A DNA stretch of 64,000 nucleotides from Antedon mediterranea (taxonomy: Eukaryota; Animalia; Echinodermata): contig NC_092674.1 of NCBI RefSeq assembly GCF_964355755.1, positions 3,596,001 to 3,660,000 of the forward strand, written 5' to 3'. A program made the translations under genes and the position numbers. Positions within the stretch are counted from its first letter, which is position 1; each line of letters begins with the position of its first letter. This document shows positions 54,201-64,000 of this stretch, piece after piece. A model generated the notes under the pieces. The model saw nothing but the letters and a program-made list of their open reading frames with translations. It made no database searches and was not told the origin of the DNA.

Positions 54201-57200
54201 AAAAAAATGATTCAATTTGCTTGAAAGTGTGAAAAGAGTGCCATAAACTGATGGTACATCCTTGGCTAACCAGTCAAATGGTGTCCAGATGTTTACCTAA
54301 GTAATAATTATTTTGTATGGAGCATGAAAATATAATTAAAGCATTGTTATAGTCTTAAATAATCTGACAGTGACACCCATAGTATTAAGAGGTAAATTTG
54401 GTAGTGATATAATGTCGACAATACATCTACACTGTATAGAAATACCAGAATTGTTGAAGTAAGCCAATTTTGAAATGAGCTAGAAAGCAAACAAAAAATA
54501 ATATATCTCCAATTTTTTTATATTATGTAAATATCATGTAGGAGATAATTTTCACAAAATTTCATCTAAAAAAAATTTGTCCCACAAGGTCAAATCCTAG
54601 GTCAAATGGAATAGAATAAGTTATACATCTTTTAAATAGTTCTATCTCAAAAGTAAATAGAAGATTTGGATAGCTTTAACAATTAGCTTTCCAAAGATAC
54701 ATGTCACCACAAAATCGGTCCACACGTTACCGAGATACGGTCATTTAAGTATAGCCCACCGCGTCGATTTTGCGCAAAATCGCGAAGAAACGATGGCGCG
54801 TAGCGCGCGAACCGTTGGTCGCATGGCGCTCAAATTAAAAATTTCAGTTTTTTTAGCTAAATAAAAATAACCCCAAAACCAAATTTGAGCAAATTTGAAG
54901 AAAGTAGGGTTTAAAATGTCATTTTTTTTGGGTGATTTGGTATGGAATGACCCAGCTAGCAAATAGCATTTGCCTTCACCCAGTGTGCTTTTTTCGGGGC
55001 TGCTCCTAGATGTACGTTCGCATTGAACTTGAACGCAAAACAAAATACGGAGTAAATGATCAAACAATCGGCGGTTTCGCACAGACCACGTGCATCTAAC
55101 ATACGGCAACAAATAGTTATCGTCCTTTAAATTATCGACGTGTTTGAGGAGGAGGAAAAAAGTATGATCTTTTTGCTCATTGGTAACATGCTGCACGAGA
55201 GTGTCTTTTCCGGCCATCTAGAGGTGTCATTTAACAAAATTCGCTTCGCATCAGGCCCCAGCCCAGGGGGGGGGGGGGGTTGACCCAAATATTTAGTGTC
55301 CGAACCCCACCTTGACAGATCCTGGCTACGGCCCTGATAAACCAAGCAAATTTGTTACAAAATATCATATATGTCAAAAATCTTTTACAATATATTATTT
55401 GTATTGGTGCTGCAGTGACCATGCTTTCCCAATCCCAAGGTCCATGGTTGATTAAATCTCAACTGTCTCAAATAAGCCCTTATTTATACTTTATTATCCA
55501 CAACTTTGTATGTATAGTCGTACAAGACCAAACATGTCTTTTTATGTAAATTTCCCAGGATAGCTACCGTTGAATTCATTCCCTATCCTTCTTAAAGGTG
55601 GCAAACATATACAAAAGATGTTCTACAAAAAACAAAGTCCTATTGGGAGTGAAAGTCACAAAAACAAAATCCAATTTGAGCAATTTGCACATTCTGACCT
55701 CCTTTCTGGACAGATGACACTAACGTTGCATATGTACTGAATATCACGCCTTCCTTAAAGTCAGATGGTAAACCAAACACTCTGAAATAAGGACAGTAAA
55801 AATGGCAAATAAGAAAATGAAAAGAGACTAAAATCGAGCAAAACTAATAAGATGATGATAATGATGAAGATTAAAAATATGAATTAATGATGAAAGAATA
55901 TATACAGTACCTTGTTTCCTTGTCAAGCTGTTTACATCCCTCAATAACTTTAATGTAACAACTTAGATCACTCAGATCTCTGAAATGGCATAAATAATAA
56001 AAATAAGAATACTGCATACGCAAGTATTAAAAATTGTTCAGCTTTCATGACATATTTAAGATCCTAACTCCAACTAAAATAAAATTCCTTGACTATTGGA
56101 CAAAATATTAAATACAAAAATGTTGAGAGCAGTATATAGACCTCTGTGCATCTACTTTTAGATCAGATGAAATGCTAAACCAAATGTGCCTTGTGCGACC
56201 TCGAATATAGTTGTCCAAAATGATTCCAGCAATCTGAAATAAATTCATTTTTATATTTACTTATTTGTAAAATCTAAAATGATGCAGAAAAATTGTAACA
56301 TTGATTGATTTTACAATATATAACCTATAAAGCTCTGTCTACACTATCAAACTAGTTTGACAAAAAGTGTGATGTGCCCAAATATAGTGGTGATATTACA
56401 TCATCATGTCCATATATAGGCACATCACTTTTTTTTTGTCACATAAAGTTTGACAGTGTAGACATAGCTTTACTGTACACTCTTCATCTCAACGTAAATA
56501 ATTATGTGCAGAACAAATTCATGGCATCTGATTGGTCAATAGTATGTCTATATTTTGAACCATGACCCTCAATCCGGTCAATATTTTGTATACTATTCCT
56601 TACCTGTCGTCCCTTTCCTACCCCTGCAGCATCACCAATAAAGAACCCTGCTCTGCACCCAGATGAAAGCACCGTTTGGTGCTTCTGACACTAAAAAAAA
56701 TAAATACTTATTACAATACTTACTTAAGCTCTGTGTACACGATCAAACTAGTTATAATGTCATCGTGTCCATATATGGGCACATCACATTTTAGTCACAT
56801 AAAGTTTGATAGTGTAGACAGCACTTACGAGAGTGTTAGAATTTAGTCACAACTTTTATATTCCGTAAGTGTTTATTTAGTAACACTCTATCAGGCCTGA
56901 CTCTATCACACAATCTTTATTCTCACTCGAGTAGGTTTTACACAACTCACAGCATATAGAATACCCTGTAACTGCAGGTTGCTCAATTTTCCTGATTTCA
57001 CTAGTTCTTCTGGTAAAGAGTCTTGGAGGTTATAGGTCGGAGGTGGTAAAGCAAGGTCCTACAAAAAAAAACACATTTTTTTTTATGCGAAAAATGTTCT
57101 TCGTAGTGCATAATAAAGAACTACTACACTATTTTAAAGAGTAGGTGGTCGTTTCCCCTCTCCCCTGTTAATCTGGGTAGAGGATGAACTGTTGCCGTAG

Positions 57201-58446
57201 ACGGCCCAATCCTAATCAATTTTTAATAATTTAAATTTAATGTTTAGTTATCATCAATTGGTAACACAAGAATTACTTAGTATACATACTTTTTCTGATT
57301 TAAAGACCCATTAACACTAGAACGATAACGATCGGCGATAAATAGATAAACATACATTTTTCTTGCATAAAACAAAAGAAATTAGAACATTTTTTGTTCT
57401 AGAACTATAGGATAATCATTTATGCTGTCTTTGATAAAATGATTTTTTTTTTAAATCCAATCGAATGACGTCATGATCAATAAAAACAATGAAATTATTG
57501 TATTGTCACGATATTATTACTCTTACATGTGAAAATATCGTTTTAGTATCCTAAAGATGAAAACTTTTTAAATTTCCTTTGTTTCAGGTATGAAAAATGC
57601 ATATTTATCGTCGACCGTTACAGGCCAAGTGTAAATGGGCCTTTACTGTACGCTTAACATTTATAGATTTAACAATAAAAAAGTACTTACTGCTAAAGAC
57701 GCTGCCTCTACTATAGCTCCAGGGTGTGGTTTAGCTTCTGGAATAATTGCTGATGGCTCGTATTTTGCGAAGACTTCTTCACTGAAATCAATCGATGGAA
57801 AATAAAAATAATGGAAAAATCAGGGACCAAACTGCACTATGTACTATAGTATGCTGTTAACAATGAGAACAATTTTTCAAATGTAAAACAGTGTGTTATA
57901 ATATTCCCCTTGTGGGCTTATACCGAATATATCTCATCAACAGAATGTGTACAATTTTAACTTTATGCTTGTTATACCAAGGCAATCTAACAACAAGATG
58001 CTGAACTCTGGCGATCAAAGGGTTAATCTGTTACACAGACAAGATCAGTTAAATGTTGTCTCTAACAGACAACATGCCGCAAAGAATATGTACATAGTAC
58101 AGTACTGTTGGTATTTGTCGCAGCCAGACATAAGATCAAAGGACTGTTATATGAGTTCCTATCTTGTTGGCAATATTGTGGTTGTTAGATTATACCTCAT
58201 CATTTCTTCAGCAGTTGAAGTTCTTTCTGGGTCGTCAATATTAGCAACTTGATTTAAAATTGCATTTGGAATGGTGCTACCAGGAATAACGCCTGGAGCC
58301 ATTGTCCCATATTGCATTAAGCCAGGTTTCACACCATTTGCCATTCCGTGTGCTGTTGTTCCCGGTTTCATGTTGTCAGATGTCATTCCATGCATCCTCA
58401 TTCCGTGTTGAGTTCCATTTGCCGCTTCATATTTTGTTTGATTCAT
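42250..58446 (-). CDS. Strawberry notch (SBNO)-like SF2 helicase-fold protein with C-terminal UBZ-type zinc finger (~1222 aa, 29 coding exons)
   Basis: Exons 58446-58196, 57781-57691, 57058-56951, 56690-56604, 56233-56142, 55979-55911, 55781-55699, 51498-51377, 51283-51231, 51124-51061, 50752-50662, 50382-50235, 49782-49672, 49363-49270, 48984-48865, 48523-48429, 48337-48184, 48030-47970, 47726-47597, 47222-47021, 46535-46452, 46033-45843, 45684-45586, 45393-45214, 44963-44881, 44444-44361, 44104-43999, 43393-43252, 42723-42250 are all phase-compatible. Motifs [91 protein letters not shown]. Confidence 0.88.
44525..44665. mobile_element. MITE family B (Harbinger-like), ~130-160 bp
   Basis: AGCTCTGTCTACACTATCAAACT...AGTTTGA.AGTGTAGACAGAGCT with TWA flanks. 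Copies at ~35658-35780, 42910-43074, 46824-46952, 47463-47592, 56330-56469, 56727-56822, plus partials at ~48080 and ~48550. Confidence 0.85.
46129..46315. mobile_element. Harbinger-like MITE family C
   Basis: AGGCCAATTTACAC...GTGTAAATTGGTCT; partial second copy at ~44130-44286. Confidence 0.7.
52232..54953. mobile_element. Nested Sola2-like foldback element (2722 bp; ~650-bp TIRs; AGCT TSD)
   Basis: AGCT|GGGTCATTCCA...TGGAATGACCC|AGCT; 52232-~52895 is a near-perfect reverse complement of ~54310-54953. Confidence 0.8.
52905..54100. repeat. ~190-bp tandem repeat x6, each unit containing an internal hairpin
   Basis: GGCAGCTAG.CGGCATG.ACC.GG.CAA at ~52974, 53204, 53397, 53591, 53782, 53977, each paired with a downstream CCCCGGTCCATGCCGT. 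Confidence 0.9.
57304..57642. mobile_element. Harbinger-like non-autonomous element
   Basis: AGACCCATTAACACT...AGTGTAAATGGGCCT with TAA/TTA flanks. Confidence 0.55.
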
Positions 58447-59805
58447 TTTGTCACTGAAAAACAAATGCACTGCTTCATCTACTTATTTTATTTTTATTTA
58501 TTATAATTTATATATATTATTAATATTAAACTTTGTTTAATGAGGGCGACTCATAACAGCCGAGACTGATATGAATGGTACAGCAGAGACTACGTATCCC
58601 TACTGGTGGTAAGCCTAGACCTAAATAAATAAGAGTACAGTATATCGGGTACAATACGTGGAAGCCCGGGCCTGGCTGGGCGCATAAATGGTCTGGCTGA
58701 GCCTTTTGTCAGCCTCTCTCACCGGCTAGCCTACCAACTCGATAAGGATCCCCTACTGTATTCACCTACCTACGCCTTGCCTCAATAGCCTATACCTTGT
58801 ATACATACATATAAACCTACCTACTTATTAGTTATATTGAATAACTGCGATCTATATTTAATATTATTCTATTTTAAAAATCATTTTAAAAATTACGACA
58901 AGCCCAGGCAGAAGAAAAACAAAAACACGTCGTGTTTGTGTCTGTCTCGCGCGCTAATGACGACACATTGACCCATGAAGTAATAGCCAATCAGATTCAT
59001 CACTTGTCTTCTTTCACGGAACTTAACTCTGATTGGACCAAAGTAATTTTTAGGTTTAGAAAATTAGATTTGTTTAGTGAGTTTAGTAAAATGTGTTCCT
59101 GTCCCTTCACTAAATAAACCAACATAAACAAGTATTTTCTCTGAAGTAATACGTATTCACAAACTTAAAAGAATTGAAATATATGCCATTTAAATGTTGA
59201 AATAAAAGAAAGTTTCTTGTGAGGATCGAGCTAAGCGAATAAATAAGAATTGACTTAAGTAACGAATGCTTTTGTATTATAGGAATTGGATTGATTTAAA
59301 CTTACCAATTAAGCATATCGGAAACTTAACCTAGGTCGCTTATCTTGAATTATAGACAAAGCTCAGTAAGTTTACTGTTAATATGGGATATTAATTACAG
59401 TAAACTCATAGTAAACCACAGTTATCTACTAACAATTTGACCGGGGTCACTGGAAAACTTTAGTATGGAGCGCCGAAGCTGTCAAATAAGCCCTTTCGTA
59501 GAAAGTATGCACTGCACTGGAGTTTCACATACTATTCTTCTTATTGATAAATATATACTTTTTTATCATCAATTGCCTTGTCATAAATTTTACTTGAATG
59601 TATTATGTTTACCTCATTTTCTTGAAGGAAAAAATATATGTTAAGTTGAATTGAATTGAATTGAATAGTTTTAAAAGCTGCACAGCTGATTTTATTCATT
59701 ATGGCAGTATTCAAATTTCCAATACCGCCCTCTCTATTGTTATCTCAGTAACTTAAAAATAGAAAATAAAATACTACTCGGGTTGGCACGGTATTTACCT
59801 TTAAA

Positions 59806-60308
59806 AGTATGTTTCCCACTAGGACGCAACGCAAGGACGTAGACACAACGCAAGCGAGTTGATCAATGACAAGCGACAGTTCGAATAATACATCGCTAGT
59901 TATTGATCAAATCTCTAAAGCTTTACGGTGCGTTACGTCGATGTGTTGCGTCTCTATAGTGAGAACCAAGCATTAACACCTAATAAAGCTTGTTCCCACT
60001 ATGACGCAACGCAAGGACGTAAACGCAACGCAAGCGTTTTAACCAATGACAAGCGAAGTTATAGACAGTTAGCAATCACAAGCGAATAAGCCATCGCTTG
60101 TGATTGGTCAATTCATTTGCGTTGCGTTACGTCCTTGTGTTGCGTCGCTAGTGGGAACCACGCTTAATAAAGCTTGTTCCCACTATGACGCAACGACGTA
60201 GACACAACGCAAGCGATTTGACCGATGACAAGCGACAGTTTGAATAATAGATCGCATGAAAATCCTTACGTTACGTCGATGCGCTGCGTCTCTAGTGGGA
60301 ATCAAGCG
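59806..60308. mobile_element. Cluster of three adjacent MITE family A copies
   Basis: Three TTCCCACTA...AGTG(G/A)GAA units separated by 6-15 bp TAA-containing spacers. Confidence 0.85.
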
Positions 60309-61193
60309 TTAACATGAAATAAGGGCGCACATAAGAATATTCGTAATTGCCAAATGAACAAAAAACGCAGAGAAAGAGCTTATAACTGTATAAATTAAAG
60401 TGATTGAGAGATGAGCCATAATTTCCGGTCTTAATGGATTTAAGACGAGAACTGATGGCAGGATACGTTGATCAAGTATTATTAACATACTACATGCTAG
60501 GTTCAAAACCGAAGCGCTTTAAGTGGATATAGCCGTACACTTAGCGAACACTTTACGGAGATTTACGACAACATTATGATGATAAAAATTGAGGGAACAA
60601 GTTGGGATAAAATAGATCAACTGCGTTAGGCTGATGCAAGTTGATATTAGAGACACAAAGTTCAAATCATCTGAGGCCTAACACGATGTTTATACCGCAA
60701 CCTTTCCCAGTTTAACATAGCTAGGCCTACTGATTTACACCCTAAAAAACTATTTAGGTAATTCACTTTAATCTTAATTTCTTATTTAATACATTACTGT
60801 TTTTCAAAAGATTACTGATGCCACTTATATAATATTTCATTGCAAAGTTTAAAGTTTATCTGATCACAATTATCTTTTTATCTAAGAAATGGTTTAAACC
60901 ATATAGTGTTGCGCAACAAATTCGATATCAATATTTAAGAGGACGATTTTTGAAATTGAATTTCGAAGAATCGTTTTGGAATATAGGACTATATGCTCAT
61001 AATCAATAGGTTATTATAGTTGACTGTGGATATTCCAAGAATACCGTTTGTAAAATTGTTAATATTAAAATGTTAATCAATTTTAGAAGGCCCCGGGCAC
61101 TTATTGTATCACTATTGTCCTTGTCACGTTACTTGAAATTTGAACAGTTGACGCACAGTATAAGCTCTGTTACATTGGACGTTCCCGTTTTAA

Positions 61194-61450
61194 GGGCTTG
61201 TGACGCAGTGTGTTGGACGTTCGACTACCGATCGTGAGATCGAGGTTCGAATCCAACTCTTGCCGCATTGCTTTTATCCTTACTTTACTTTACTTCCGTT
61301 TGCCTCTGTATAAATGGGAACCCGGTTAGATAAAGACCAACTTTGCGCTGATTACTAGCTGCATTATGTGGGTAATAATGTTCAGCGCTTAGAGGTTTCA
61401 CAACATTAGGCGCTATATAAATCCAGGATATTATTATTATTATTATTATT
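61194..61450 (+). mobile_element. tRNA-derived SINE with L2-like tail
   Basis: A-box-like TGACGCAGTGTG, B-box GGTTCGAATCC, tail AGGCGCTATATAAAT followed by (ATT)n. Confidence 0.8.
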
Positions 61451-62859
61451 TTAAAATATGATTTTAAAACACCACTTTCCACAACCTTTAAGTAAGCGAT
61501 TATATCATAATTGATCCCCATCAACTCCCCTCCTCCCCACACTATTTAGCTCATTTTTGTTCAGACACAGGCTTTCTCAGCTACTGTAGGCCTAAATATT
61601 ATTTCTCATTCTGTTTCATCCATACTTCTCATCGTTTACCAATTTCTTGTGATAAACGTTACTTTATTTTTTTTCAAAAATATCCTAAATAACTTTTGTC
61701 GTGCGCAGCACATTGTCATTATGCGGACAGGCCTACACACAGTATTGTACACCCGATTATGCAGCTGTCAGTAGATATAGTATCTATATGACTTGCAATA
61801 ATCGGTTAGACTCTATCTACTGACAGCTACAGAACCTAATGTATCTGAAGTAAATGCCGTTCTATGAGTATAAAATACCTCTGAGATAATTACGGTAGCG
61901 TTTTATATGTTTTTTTTTCTACGCTGTCATTTACACGGTAGATTTCATGAGCAGTGTCACCTTTTTGCGACCTCCGACTGATTTAACTTTGTATTTAACA
62001 TTCGCAATATGTCAGTATTTTAAATAGGATTTGTAACTACGATATCTAGCTGTAGGCTACGTTTTTCTTAAACGTGAATTCTGTGCCATAAAGTCTTAGA
62101 GCTAAAGTTGTAATCGTCTAACCTAATTACTTAGCGAAAAGAGAGGGCTGCTGGTGATGTGTTTTATTTTATCATTTTAGTCTAAAAATACAGTTTACAG
62201 TGTCGGATTTTAACGTGAAATGATAGGTATATTAAAGACGCTCAGCCTAGCTCACAAAACATCTATTTTGTACATACCTCGGGCCACCCTAAATGCTGAT
62301 AATTAAAATGAACACGATATATGACATCCGGTGGTGTGAAGTCCAGCACTTTGTTTTACCCTTTTTAGGCCCTGTCGGCAGCCCCAGCCCCGCCTAAAAT
62401 CACATACGTATTAACTTTTGTATAGAATGGATGTGAGTGATTGTAGTTGGCAGAGTCCAATAAACGGGCGCCTGACGAACCAGTCGAGCCACGGTCAACC
62501 CAGCAGGGATGAATCCAAAATCCAGTCACCGAGAAAGGCCTAGGATTAATCCAATAATTAAGACAGGCATTAACATTGTATACGCGACAGACTAGAATGA
62601 GAAACTATTAAAGCCCGTCTTTGATCGGCGCGCCAAAACAAGTGGTTTACATTCTTCCTATCGTCTGCCCACATCTCAAAGTTTCTAATTTTATAGTCAT
62701 ATTGAAGGGTTTATGTTACTGATGCTTCGCCAAGTACCACAAGATTTGTTGACGATGGTTTAATGATCTGGAGTACACAGCATACAATCAACATTCCTAT
62801 GTCAATACGTTATGTCACTTTATCACCGTTATGTCACTTGTATCAAATTATCGTTTCGT

Positions 62860-63820
62860 AATATTTATTCAACCAAAAAATAGTACATATTTTATTTAAC
62901 ATACATTTTAACATAACATTTCCCCCTTTTTTTGGTTAGGATCTGGTTTCGAAGTAATAAACTTGTCTCAATCAGACCCCTCACAAAACAATATATTATA
63001 AATAGTTTAATAAGGAAAAAGGTAAACGCCATATTTAAACTTCAAATTATATAGAAGTAAGTATGAAAAAAAAATATTATTACCATTTACAATGAGTTCT
63101 GGAAATAGTTTATTAATAAGATATGTATTTTATTCCTATGTTTAATCTATATTTGGTTTGTTGACAAAAGACTCAAAGTTTCGGTATAGATTTAAAAGTT
63201 TTTAACAAATTGAACCAGGGGAAGATTGAACACATACGAACAATCATTACATTAGTATTTATCAGCTACGCGCCTTTATCTTACCTGTTCTAATTGTAAC
63301 TACAAAACTCCAACTATACGATTTTATGATTACTGATATCTGATAATAAAACGCCTTTGCTCCCATTACCTACCGACCTAAAACTATCTAACTAATTATC
63401 AATTTAAATTCAAATCGTTCACTGATATTAATTATTTTTAGATTACAATTACAACATAGTGGGCGTGTTCAGTTGGTTTGATATAAAAGACGATGGTTGG
63501 TTAAGCGACGACACAGTCACTAGACGACCGCTTGGTGGTGTACAACGAATTGTCTCTGGATTTTTATATCGAGGATCAGATATAACACAATGTAAGTACC
63601 CGGTGTATTTCATTTATAAATAACAGTAACTTTCTTTCGTAGGAGCATTGCCTGGGACATTTATTATTTTGTGTTTCGTTATATTTATTCAATCAAAAAA
63701 TAGTACATATTTTATTTAACATACATATTTAACATAACATTTTTCCCCTTTTTATTTGGTTAGGATCTGGTTTAGAAGTTAAGTAGTAAACTTGTCTTAG
63801 TAGAAACTTCACAAAACATA
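62860..63820. repeat. Dispersed direct duplication of ~130 bp (62860-62990 and 63680-63820)
   Basis: ATATTTATTCAA.CAAAAAATAGTACATATTTTATTTAACATACA...GGTTAGGATCTGGTTT occurs twice. Confidence 0.75.
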
Positions 63821-64000
63821 GGCCGTTGGCCCGAATACAGCAATATAAAAAATAATAATAAATAACAGAAACAATAATAACGTTATCCATTTTGTAATTC
63901 TTTAATTGTAAATATTTTATACGCCCATCATTATATATTATATTTTATTATATTATATTATTATATATTTTAAAACAAAATTGTATTAGTGAATGTTTTG

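Larger units (their letters stand above)
51562..55336. mobile_element. Non-autonomous hAT-like element (3775 bp) with 5-bp TSD
   Basis: TIRs CAGGCCCGTAGCCAGG / CCTGGCTACGGCCCTG (1 mismatch); ATAAA at 51557-51561 and 55337-55341. Confidence 0.75.

Noticed and set aside
54741-55422. 158-aa and shorter ORFs as a possible transposase of the hAT/Sola2 elements
   Set aside because: No DDE or zinc-finger motifs; they cross element boundaries

Overview
AT-rich, intron-rich eukaryotic DNA, most likely an invertebrate animal (an inference from gene and transposon content; not prokaryotic, no CRISPR, no rRNA). Exons were reconstructed by hand from GT-AG boundaries and reading-frame phase. Contents: (1) the 5' part of a large Ser/Lys/Pro-rich gene on the - strand (12114->6843; downstream exons not located); (2) two 7-exon agmatinase/ureohydrolase paralogs arranged head-to-head with ATGs about 530 bp apart (33705 on -, 34232 on +); (3) a 15.3-kb Ginger1-type DNA transposon (18132-33417, TGT...ACA imperfect TIRs, CCGG duplication) lying entirely within intron 1 of the - strand agmatinase. 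It encodes an intact 3-exon Gypsy-like integrase plus OTU protease and carries a candidate solo LTR, a foldback element, two tRNA-like (ATC anticodon) units and a ~23-copy 132-bp satellite; (4) a 3-exon histamine N-methyltransferase-like gene; (5) a 29-exon compact strawberry-notch (SBNO)-like helicase gene whose last exon adds PIP-like motifs and a Rad18-type UBZ finger, with a nested hAT-like > Sola2-like > micro-hairpin insertion in one intron; and (6) many MITEs, SINEs and tandem repeats. All counts and identities are hand estimates; no database searches were run.
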